In this document: piece after piece, positions 37,675 to 45,955 of the stretch
Layout: every line of letters starts with the position of its first letter
Position numbering within the stretch: the first letter of the stretch is position 1
NCBI GenBank assembly: GCA_016839365.1
Contig: JAEOUH010000058.1
Location: forward strand, 1-52,352
Direction of reading: 5' to 3'
Origin: Candidatus Hermodarchaeota archaeon
GTDB taxonomy: Archaea > Asgardarchaeota > Hermodarchaeia > Hermodarchaeales > Hermodarchaeaceae
DNA length: 52,352 bases
Made by a program: the position numbers and the translations under genes
Notes under the pieces: generated by a model
What the model was told of the DNA's origin: nothing
The model's database searches: none
Seen by the model: only the letters and a program-made list of their open reading frames with translations

Positions 37675-38052
37675 AAACCCTATTGTATACGAGTTGACTT
37701 AAAACTCAATTACTTGAATACATCAATAGAAGCAAGTTTAACGCTTATCCTACGCTTTGGATGCTTCTTTTGGCAGAAATGGCGTTTTTGTCCGCTCCTT
37801 TGGGGGCTCTCTAAACGGGTACTTAAAGGCTAGTGACCATTGTTGAGATAGATTCCAGCAAACACACTCGCAAGGGAAAACATGTCGGAAGTGAAAAAGA
37901 AACAATGTCTCCTGGTCGCGATGTAACCTATCCCATGTGAACTGGACTAACATCTGAGTTTGGCTTGCTCAGTGGTCTTCCGCGATATTAGGTGTGCATT
38001 GTTTTGCTTCAGATTTTTTTCCCAAGTTGTGTTCAGAAAGGTGGAGAAAAAA

Positions 38053-38316
38053 GTGGCTACAGAACTGATGGAAGAAACCCAGCGAATGATTGGCATTACT
38101 GATGCCTATCCAATCGACATCGATATTACCCCGAAGACGGGGTGTGAAGACATCCGAGAAATCGGAGCGATTGGTACCTTGCTATTAGAATTAGTTAAGG
38201 ATACCACCGGCCTGAAGGGTCGGATCATCGTCGAGGCGACTCCTGGTGGAGTACGCGTCCGCGTTGAACCGACTGGTCATGAAGTCTCTAGCGTCGCCAG
38301 CATTGGGGGTGCTTAG
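38053..38316 (+). CDS. Small hypothetical protein
   Basis: GGAG RBS at 38043 before GTG 38053 (alternative ATG 38068); protein-like alpha/beta pattern; stop lies 1 nt before the next ATG. Confidence 0.6.
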   Translation: MATELMEETQRMIGITDAYPIDIDITPKTGCEDIREIGAIGTLLLELVKDTTGLKGRIIVEATPGGVRVRVEPTGHEVSSVASIGGA

Positions 38317-38317
38317 C

Positions 38318-38665
38318 ATGGCGACTCTGAGGGGAATTGCCGTGACCACAGGGACAGAAGACACAAGCGACCCAATTGTACGCTTGGCCCGATCCTATTT
38401 GCGGTCGCAAGATGTCACGGACAACCTTGACCAACTCAAGAAGGTTGAAATGAACGACGTGTTCCGCCTCCTGGAACGCCTTTCTCAGCAAGTCGATAGA
38501 ATAGAAATGCGTCGGCTCTTTGACCTTCTTACGGAGCTCGCCGTTGTTCGCGAGAATCATCTGCTCGTGAAAAAAGCGTCGCACGAGGCCCGCCTTATCA
38601 AGGCCATCGAACACACGGGTCGATTGGGAAAATTCGTTTGCTTAGTCCTCGATGAAGCCACTTAA
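38318..38665 (+). CDS. Small helical hypothetical protein
   Basis: ATG 38318 immediately follows the upstream TAG (coupled); amphipathic helical pattern. Confidence 0.6.
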   Translation: MATLRGIAVTTGTEDTSDPIVRLARSYLRSQDVTDNLDQLKKVEMNDVFRLLERLSQQVDRIEMRRLFDLLTELAVVRENHLLVKKASHEARLIKAIEHTGRLGKFVCLVLDEAT

Positions 38666-38676
38666 CCAGTCAAATG

Positions 38677-38715
38677 GCTCTGACCCAGTGTTTCTCGCCT
38701 GCACTGGGCCAGAGC
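38677..38715. terminator. Strong GC-rich hairpin after the two orphan ORFs
   Basis: GCTCTG-A-CCCAGTG-N11-CACTGGG-C-CAGAGC, 13 bp with one mismatch. Confidence 0.55.
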
Positions 38716-38862
38716 TCAACTGGGTTAGACCGGTGGTTTCGGGACCTAGCAAAAAAGACCAGCGGGAACGAACCAAGAAGGGCTTTGGGGTCTACGATTA
38801 AATTAATAGAAAGAGGTTTCTTCCTCCCTTCTTGGGATCCAACTCTTTTCTTGCCATTCAGG

Positions 38863-39471
38863 TTATTTGAGGAGTTTGAAGAATTCCTTGGGTTCTTCGC
38901 CTTCTTCGATGATGATCACTTCTTGGTGGCCTGACCGTTGGGCATCATATCCTTCGGCGATTCGCATTGCTTCCCAGCGTTCGAAGGCCGTCGATTTTTG
39001 TCCTCGCCATATGTAGATGGTATTATACGTGTCAAGTAAAAAGACATCATCTGAAGCGAGGGAGTCTTTGGAGCGTTCGACCTCATAATACATGTTTAGC
39101 TCTTCTTCGATGTGAACTCGAAAGAGTTTGAACTCGTGCTGTTTGAGGGCTATTCGTTTCAAGATTCCTTCAGTGTCTTGGTTAGTCACTGTAATCTTGC
39201 CATCGAAGAGATTCAAGAACTCTTTGGGCTCCTCGCCTTCGTTTACTGTGACTAGTTTTGAAGCTCCCTTCCGATCTTGGTCAGTCCATACGGATGTAAC
39301 AGCTCCAATGAACTGTTCATCTGGAGTAGATTTCTTACCCACCCACGAATAGATAGTAGGGCCCGTATCTACTAGGTATACATCACCGGTTCCAAATTCC
39401 TTCAGATATTCTTGTGGAACCCGAACTAACTGATCTTTTTGAATATGGTATTTGATGAATTTCTTAGGCAT
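38863..39471 (-). CDS. Two-domain gelsolin/villin-like actin regulator (Asgard 2DGel type)
   Basis: Two gelsolin repeats: FGTGDVYLVDTGPTIYSWVGKKSTPDE...VNEGEEPKEFLNLF and LASDDVFLLDTYNTIYIWRGQKSTAFE...IEEGEEPKEFFKLL. Confidence 0.9.
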   Translation of the reverse strand: MPKKFIKYHIQKDQLVRVPQEYLKEFGTGDVYLVDTGPTIYSWVGKKSTPDEQFIGAVTSVWTDQDRKGASKLVTVNEGEEPKEFLNLFDGKITVTNQDTEGILKRIALKQHEFKLFRVHIEEELNMYYEVERSKDSLASDDVFLLDTYNTIYIWRGQKSTAFERWEAMRIAEGYDAQRSGHQEVIIIEEGEEPKEFFKLLK

Positions 39472-39619
39472 GGCTCTCACGCTCAAAGCACTCTACTGAG
39501 TATGGGTCAGATGCTAGGATTGCTGCAGTGGTTCTCGTCTTTATAACTTTCCTTCCTTCGTTAACTTCTAAGTCGGCAAACTCTTAAGCTGGCAGTACGG
39601 AGTCCCGACAGACCCGAAT

Positions 39620-40402
39620 ATGCCACCATCCAAAGTCACTCCTTCCAAATCCTTTTCTGTTCATGCACTACCAGGGCTAGGGATAATCCGGAAAGGTGAT
39701 GATGTAGGCATCCACATATGTAAAGCTAGTAAAAAGAGCGGGTTCCCCCTACAAAACGGAGACGTCTTGGTTATCGCACAAACTATTATTTCTCGAGCCG
39801 AAGGTCGAACTGTTGCGCTCTCGGACATTACTCCTTCTCCTAAGGCGAAGGCTTTAGCACAGCAACTCGGCAAAGAACCTGAGTTAGTGGAAGTGATTCT
39901 TCAAGCCTCAAAGCAAATAGTTCGAGCAGAGCAGGGCCATCTCATCGTTGAGACACCACATGGATATATCTGCGCAAATGCAGGAGTCGATGCTTCGAAT
40001 GTCCCGGAGGATGAGTGTGTGACCTTACTACCCGAAGACCCTGATCATTCAGCGGAACAGATACGAGAAACCATCAAGGCCGAATTCGGTATAGATGTCG
40101 TGATCATCATTTCCGATACGCATGGGCGACCATTCCGTGAAGGGGCAATTAATATCGCAATTGGGGTTGCAGGCTTTATTCCCGTTAAGAGTTACATTGG
40201 ATTGACCGATCTCTTCGGGTATGAATTACGAACAACCAAAATTGCTGTTGCTGATGAACTCGCTTCAGCCGCTGAGTTATTAATGGGCGAAGCCGATGAA
40301 GGAAACGCCGTCGTTGTGATTCGTGGATATCGATGGGAGAAAGGTGAGGGCTCAGCTAGGATGCTAGTTCGGGATGCACAACGAGATATTTTTCGACGGT
40401 GA
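39620..40402 (+). CDS. cofE: Coenzyme F420-0:L-glutamate ligase
   Basis: GDVLVIAQTIISRAEG, ICANAGVDASNV, LLPEDPD.SA, SDTHGRPFREG, ADELASAAELLMGEADEG and DIFR. Confidence 0.93.
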   Translation: MPPSKVTPSKSFSVHALPGLGIIRKGDDVGIHICKASKKSGFPLQNGDVLVIAQTIISRAEGRTVALSDITPSPKAKALAQQLGKEPELVEVILQASKQIVRAEQGHLIVETPHGYICANAGVDASNVPEDECVTLLPEDPDHSAEQIRETIKAEFGIDVVIIISDTHGRPFREGAINIAIGVAGFIPVKSYIGLTDLFGYELRTTKIAVADELASAAELLMGEADEGNAVVVIRGYRWEKGEGSARMLVRDAQRDIFRR

Positions 40403-40408
40403 AACGAG

Positions 40409-41311
40409 ATGGGTAAAGAGATCCGCCGAGTAGGAGTCGCTTCTGTTGAACCTGAAGGTTGGGAAACAAGTCGGGTCGTAAATCAGATTCAACAACGAGA
40501 CGCTGAATGTGTCGTATTTGATCTCACCGAAACCGTTGTTCGTGTTGGAGGAAAACGTCCACGAGTGCAATACAAAAAAGAGGATTTAACAAATCTTGAA
40601 GGGGTATTCACACGGGCTGTTCCTGGTGGCTCACTCGAACAAGTTATTTTGCGGATGGATACCCTTCATTGTCTTGAACGACTAGGTATACCCTTTATGA
40701 ACCGTCCACATGCAATCGAAAAAGCCGTAGACAAATACTACACCCTACGCCTCCTCGAATTAGCAGGTGTCCCTGTACCCCATACAACAGTAACCCAATA
40801 TACACGTGATGCTCTTCGTGCATTTCGAAGATACAAAGACGTCGTAGTCAAACCCCTTTTCGGATCAGGGGGTGTGGGCATGACCCGTGTTTCCGATCCC
40901 GAAATCGCCAGACGAGTGTTTAGGGCACTCGAGGCGAATCGTTATGCCATCTATATTCAAGAATTCCTCGAACATGGAAATCAGGATATCCGGGTTTTCG
41001 TAATCGGAGACAAAGCGATTGCAGCGATGACTCGTGTAGGTGATAATTGGAAAACTACTCTCCGACAAGGAGCTCAGCCTCGACCCTGTCGCTTGACATC
41101 TGAATTATAAGAACTTGCAACAAAGTGCGCTGAAACGATAGGCCTTGAATACACAGGCGTTGACCTCTTAGAAACAGAAAAGGGACTTGTCGTCACCGAG
41201 GTCAACAGCAGTAGTGGTTGGCAAGGTTTGCAACAGGTTACTGAAATTAACATCACAGAACAACTGGTAGAACACTTCTATTCAATAATCCAAGCCCATG
41301 CGAGTGTATAG
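40409..41311 (+). pseudogene. RimK-family alpha-L-glutamate ligase (MptN/CofF-like) interrupted by an in-frame TAA at 41108-41110
   Basis: DKYYT, VVKPLFGSGG.G and YIQEF..HGNQDIRVFVIG precede the stop. The same frame continues ELATKCAETIGLEYTGVDLL...VTEVNSSSGWQGLQQVT to TAG 41311, giving 300 codons. Confidence 0.85.
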
Positions 41312-41317
41312 CATGAA

Positions 41318-42748
41318 CTAGATGTCGCCTTTTCGGAGTAGCCAACGTTGTCGGCTCTCGTCCCATCTATCTGCTGTTTGCGTAAACAACTGAGGGCTGA
41401 AGCTGGGCTCATACCGGAAAATTGTGACGTTCGAGACCCCGTCAATCTGTTCGAAGGTTTGAACTAAAAGTCCCGTTATCGAAGAACAACGACTGGGTCG
41501 ATGGAACGAAAATGTCACCCCTACATCGGTCTCTACTGAATAGGTATATGGCAGAATTGAGATTAGCCGATAAATAGGTTCCAAAGCCTTAGGCGAACAT
41601 TCGATGCAGAATTTGACCAGCTCTTCTAACTCTGGAGTATCATACCATACTGAGGGATAAAACACACCTGCCTCTATGAGTTTCTTTTGACGGTTCCAAA
41701 TTGTTTTCCTGGAAATGGAATATCCGTGTTGTTCCAACACCTTTTGGCGAATTTCGGTGTGCTGCTTTTCTCCGAAAACATAGGGTGTTGACGCAAGGAT
41801 GTAATCAATTCTATCAAAATGAATCGGTTCAGAAAAAAACTGTTTTCGTGGTGGTAAATGTTCACGATCATGGTTTGAAATGAATCGTAGCAGGTCTATG
41901 GAGTATGTGTCATCATTCAATATCCAATTTCCGGTCAATACGTTATAGTTTTCGAAGGAAATGTCAATACGAAAACTACGCATTCGAAAATAGGTTGATT
42001 TCTCAAGAAAGTTTGATTTTAGCCACTTCATTCGTTGTTCAAGCATTTGAAGGCCGGAAGGCTGGTCTGGAACTGAAAAATGGAAAAAGCCATCACGATA
42101 ATTATGGTCGAAGTTTATCCGGCGAAGAAACAATGGTGGCGTTCGTCGAAAATGCCTTTCCATCTCTTCTGAGGCGTCAAGAGAGCGTGTTCGAAAATCG
42201 ATTTCAAATAATGCTAGTCGGAATTTTCCGAAATCTAGATTATATATGACAGCAAAAGAAAATGCCTGTCGTAGTTGTGTTAACTCATTCCTAACAATTC
42301 GTGATGTTGTTGAAAGTCGTTGAGCAAGTTCATATTGGGTCAATTCAGGATTTTTATGTAATTCTTCAATAAGATGAATCTGTCGTGGAGTTAGCTGTCC
42401 CTTTGGAGTTGATACAGCTGTGGAGGCTATGATGTTGATTATTCGTTGAGTGTTCGTAATTTGGTATCGATCAATAATATTTAGTCGATATTTCAAACCA
42501 TCTGCAGTACTTCGACCTTTACGGAAGGTTAGGTGTGAAAACTGTGAATGTGATGGATACAGCTTTTCTTCCTCTGTAAGGTCTATGCCATCAACGCGTT
42601 TGAGGAAGAGAAGCACATTGGTGAGGAAACAGCGTAAATTCTCTTGATCTTCAACTGGTTCAGAACGGGTAATGATTTTTTCGATCAATTTCGTGTCAAT
42701 AGGGTTTTCCCAATTCTTTGAGTTGGTGGGTCTACTTTTTCTGGCCAT
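41318..42748 (-). CDS. Large winged-HTH / Lrp-AsnC-like tandem-domain protein, paralog B
   Basis: LTPRQIHLIEELHKNPELTQYELAQRLSTTSRIVRNELTQL HTH; second HTH-like segment SISRKTIWNRQKKL; GGAGGAG RBS. Confidence 0.72.
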   Translation of the reverse strand: MARKSRPTNSKNWENPIDTKLIEKIITRSEPVEDQENLRCFLTNVLLFLKRVDGIDLTEEEKLYPSHSQFSHLTFRKGRSTADGLKYRLNIIDRYQITNTQRIINIIASTAVSTPKGQLTPRQIHLIEELHKNPELTQYELAQRLSTTSRIVRNELTQLRQAFSFAVIYNLDFGKFRLALFEIDFRTRSLDASEEMERHFRRTPPLFLRRINFDHNYRDGFFHFSVPDQPSGLQMLEQRMKWLKSNFLEKSTYFRMRSFRIDISFENYNVLTGNWILNDDTYSIDLLRFISNHDREHLPPRKQFFSEPIHFDRIDYILASTPYVFGEKQHTEIRQKVLEQHGYSISRKTIWNRQKKLIEAGVFYPSVWYDTPELEELVKFCIECSPKALEPIYRLISILPYTYSVETDVGVTFSFHRPSRCSSITGLLVQTFEQIDGVSNVTIFRYEPSFSPQLFTQTADRWDESRQRWLLRKGDI

Positions 42749-42766
42749 GCTCAGTTCTCCTCCGTC

Positions 42767-44164
42767 CTATATGTCTCCATCCTGAATTTGCCATTTCTGT
42801 TCTGCTGTATTCCAACGCTTAACTATCCCGGGAAAATACTTCCTTGGCAATCTTACTTGATAACGAAGTAATTTCAAATCCGAAACTCCTCTTTGATGGT
42901 GGATTTTTCGAATTAATTGAGGGGTAAGAGTTGCTGAGTGGACAGGACGCTGGATTATTAACACGCATCCCGAATCTGTATTGACAATCATGACAGAGGG
43001 AAGAAATGCAGAAATTGCACGAATGGATGAAGTAGCCTTTGAGGTGCAAAACACGACCAGAACCAAGTCTTCATCAAAAGCGGGGATTTGTAGTCCAATT
43101 GTTGGGAATCCCGCTTTTTCTTTTCGAAGGCGCTGTTCTTTCTTCCAAATCGATTTTTTTGAGTAGTTAATGCCATACTGCTTCAAGAGTGTCTGCTTAT
43201 AATCAGAATGACCGATTGGTCCAGATGAATATAACGTGTCAACTAAGAGAAAATCTGCGTGGTCAAACCAGAACGGCTCTGTAAAGTCAAATCCTCGTGG
43301 TTGGGGAAGTGTGTCTAAAGAACTGTGGCCGTAATCAAAAGGAACCTGTGAGACAATTTCAGGCTCGATCGAAAACCCATGTGTAGAAGGATCATACATC
43401 TCGAACGTTATGGATTGATACAATCCGAGAGCCTGAACAAGATGGCATTCCATGAAGAACTCATCTTGAAGCCAACGCACCCGCGCTTCAAACATTTTAT
43501 CTGCATCATGTTGGTTGGGATACCGGTAAATCAGGGCTCCTCGCCGCATATTTTGATCGATACGATATGTCCGGAGAAAACCCCGGTGTCGGTCTACGTA
43601 ATCCTCAAGTTTCTTTGTATGTTCAATTGATTTTGTTTCAAAAAAAATCATCTTCATAATGAGGTGAAATCGATGTGGGTCCACCCGGGTTAAAATCCGA
43701 AAGGCATAATCTTGTTCTAGTTCTGACAAATCCTTTGTTATGGTTCTAGGTGTTGTTCCCACCCTCCTTGCCAGTAAATATTTTGGGAGAGTTGGATCTT
43801 GGTTCAATTGCCAAAGAATCTGTGCCTTTCGTGTAGATAATGTCACTTGGCCCCGTGTGGGAACATTGCTGGTTAATAAATCTGCCATCAAATCGGGCTT
43901 ATCTAGGCAGTACAAATCAATTAGCCGCAAGCGATAATACAAGGCTTCTGCCACGTTTTGCCATTCTGTCTGGTCAATATGCGAAAAATGCAAATTAGGA
44001 GGGAATTTCTTTTCAGCGTCGGTCAGTGATTTATCTTGAATGCACTTAATGCAAAGGATTACATTCTGTAACAGGTTTTTCATATCACTCTGATCAGAGA
44101 TGTCCAAACGGGATAGAATGCGTTTCTCCAGCGTTTCTAAAGGTTCTTTAGATCCAATGGCCAT
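42767..44164 (-). CDS. Large winged-HTH / Lrp-AsnC-like tandem-domain protein, paralog C
   Basis: LSTRKAQILWQLNQDPTLPKYLLARRVGTTPRTITKDLSEL HTH. It ends RWNTAEQKWQIQDGDI, like paralog B (RWDESRQRWLLRKGDI). Confidence 0.72.
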   Translation of the reverse strand: MAIGSKEPLETLEKRILSRLDISDQSDMKNLLQNVILCIKCIQDKSLTDAEKKFPPNLHFSHIDQTEWQNVAEALYYRLRLIDLYCLDKPDLMADLLTSNVPTRGQVTLSTRKAQILWQLNQDPTLPKYLLARRVGTTPRTITKDLSELEQDYAFRILTRVDPHRFHLIMKMIFFETKSIEHTKKLEDYVDRHRGFLRTYRIDQNMRRGALIYRYPNQHDADKMFEARVRWLQDEFFMECHLVQALGLYQSITFEMYDPSTHGFSIEPEIVSQVPFDYGHSSLDTLPQPRGFDFTEPFWFDHADFLLVDTLYSSGPIGHSDYKQTLLKQYGINYSKKSIWKKEQRLRKEKAGFPTIGLQIPAFDEDLVLVVFCTSKATSSIRAISAFLPSVMIVNTDSGCVLIIQRPVHSATLTPQLIRKIHHQRGVSDLKLLRYQVRLPRKYFPGIVKRWNTAEQKWQIQDGDI

Positions 44165-44575
44165 AAATAAACCCTCAGCTAATCCAATGTTATAGTCGCG
44201 CGTCGAACGAAGTTGGAATTGGTCCGCAGGCGACTTTTATGCTTCCAAGTTCTATTTTATTGTTATATTTTCTAGATATGCGCAGGCAGATTTGAAAAAT
44301 AAGGTATTTCCATTCTCTCTTTGCCATTTCAACTTCTCTTATTCATTTTATTCTCGAAATATTCCAAAAATTGAGGTTATAATGGATTTGAACGGTTAAA
44401 AACCCTCATTCTTTTGATTTATAGCCATAAAGGAGGATGTAAAATAAGCATGGAGGGGAGACCACTCTCCATGTGTTTTCTTTTGCCTGTTAATTTTAGG
44501 TATACTCATCAGTACATTTAAAACAAAGAGGTTAGTTGATGCCGCCCAACGATTGGGACGTCGTGTTGACTGGAA

Positions 44576-45211
44576 ATGACTGTGAAACCTGTTAGTATAG
44601 CAATTCTTGCTGGTGGTCAAAGCGATCGTTTCAAGCCCTCCAAAGCTCTTGCCTCGGTGGCCGATAAACCGTTGTTTCTTCATGTAGTAGATGCCTGTGA
44701 AGCATATTCGGATGAAATTTTTGTTGTCGTCCATTCAATGACTGAACGTGACCAATTTTCAGCACATTTTCCCAAAGAAAAAATCATCACAGATATCGCA
44801 AGCGACGTACGTGGTCCATTAGTTGGTGCACTCACGGCATTTGAGCATGCCCAGAATCCATACACGCAACTCCTGCCTTGTGATTCACCCCTCATCCACG
44901 AGATGTTCTTTGAAATCATGTGGAGTATGGTAGAAAACCATCATGCCGCTGTTCCACGCTGGCCTAATGGGTGGGTGGAACCACTGCACTCCGTCTTCGC
45001 AACCGAGATTGCTCAAGAAGTTGCGGCACAATGTCTCGAAAACCATGAACCCCGAATGCAATGCCTAATCGATAACATTGGACGGGTCATCTATCTTTCA
45101 ACCAAAGCCTTGGCGAGGTTCGATTCCAAACTATTCACATTCACGAACGTCAACACCCCCTCGGATCTTTATCGCATTGAGCAAAGCCTTCGTCGTCAGC
45201 CTCAGCGTTAG
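44576..45211 (+). CDS. mobA: Molybdenum cofactor guanylyltransferase
   Basis: ILAGGQSDRF..SKAL, GPLVG, LPCDSP, EPLHSVF and FTNVNTPSDL. Confidence 0.9.
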   Translation: MTVKPVSIAILAGGQSDRFKPSKALASVADKPLFLHVVDACEAYSDEIFVVVHSMTERDQFSAHFPKEKIITDIASDVRGPLVGALTAFEHAQNPYTQLLPCDSPLIHEMFFEIMWSMVENHHAAVPRWPNGWVEPLHSVFATEIAQEVAAQCLENHEPRMQCLIDNIGRVIYLSTKALARFDSKLFTFTNVNTPSDLYRIEQSLRRQPQR

Positions 45212-45314
45212 ATGAAGCTCACATTTTTGTGATAAATAAAGCTTAGCTCTAACACCGGAAGCCTATTGGGGGAGTCTCGTATAGAAACTACCACTGAGCT
45301 AGGAAGTGTGTAAT

Positions 45315-45947
45315 ATGGAAATCAAAGTTTTAGGGATCTGTGGGTCTCCGAAGAAAGAAAAATCAAGCTCAGAATACTTACTCGCCCAAGCATTGGAAGC
45401 AGCAAAAACCATTGGTGAAGTCGAAACGGAGCTCTTGCGTCTAGCGGACTATAGCATCCTGCCGTGCACAGGATGTGACAACTGCGTTCGACAAAAACCC
45501 TGCCCTGAAGACGCTAAAGATGATGTTCCCAAGGTGCTTGATAAAATGGAGGCTGCACAAGGCATCATCTTTGCCAGCCCCTCCTACTTTTCTACTGTGC
45601 CTGGTCTTCTCAAAAATCTTATCGACCGCTCGCGAACCCGAAAAATGCTTGATCATAGACTCCGCGACAAAATCGTTGGAATCCTCGTGGCAGCAGGTCT
45701 CCGACACGGTGGTCAAGAAACCACTGCAAGCACGATCATCAATTACGCGCTCAGTCAAGGAATGATTGTGGCTGGTGGCGTTGGAAATCCTGTGACGGAA
45801 GCCTGGGCTGGAATGACCGGATTACAAGCCGATGGTTTTACCTGGCGAGGAACCCCCAAAGATGAAATCGCCATCAGGAACAGCCAACTAGTCGGTGAAC
45901 GGATAGCAACCCTGGCGCAATTAATTTCCAGAAAACCTGAAACATGA
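45315..45947 (+). CDS. Iron-sulfur flavoprotein (Isf / multimeric flavodoxin family)
   Basis: GICGSP, PCTGCDNCVRQKPC, FASPSYF, KNLIDR and RHGGQE. Confidence 0.88.
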   Translation: MEIKVLGICGSPKKEKSSSEYLLAQALEAAKTIGEVETELLRLADYSILPCTGCDNCVRQKPCPEDAKDDVPKVLDKMEAAQGIIFASPSYFSTVPGLLKNLIDRSRTRKMLDHRLRDKIVGILVAAGLRHGGQETTASTIINYALSQGMIVAGGVGNPVTEAWAGMTGLQADGFTWRGTPKDEIAIRNSQLVGERIATLAQLISRKPET

Positions 45948-45955
45948 TAAATAGA

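Noticed and set aside
38677-38715. Hairpin as a eukaryote-like SECIS element
   Set aside because: It lacks the AUGA/GA quartet and apical AA, and no adjacent gene has an in-frame TGA (fwdB has Cys in SSVCHGP).
41108-41110. Stop-codon reassignment or pyrrolysine/selenocysteine readthrough
   Set aside because: The codon is TAA, not TAG or TGA, and TAA terminates many intact genes in this window.
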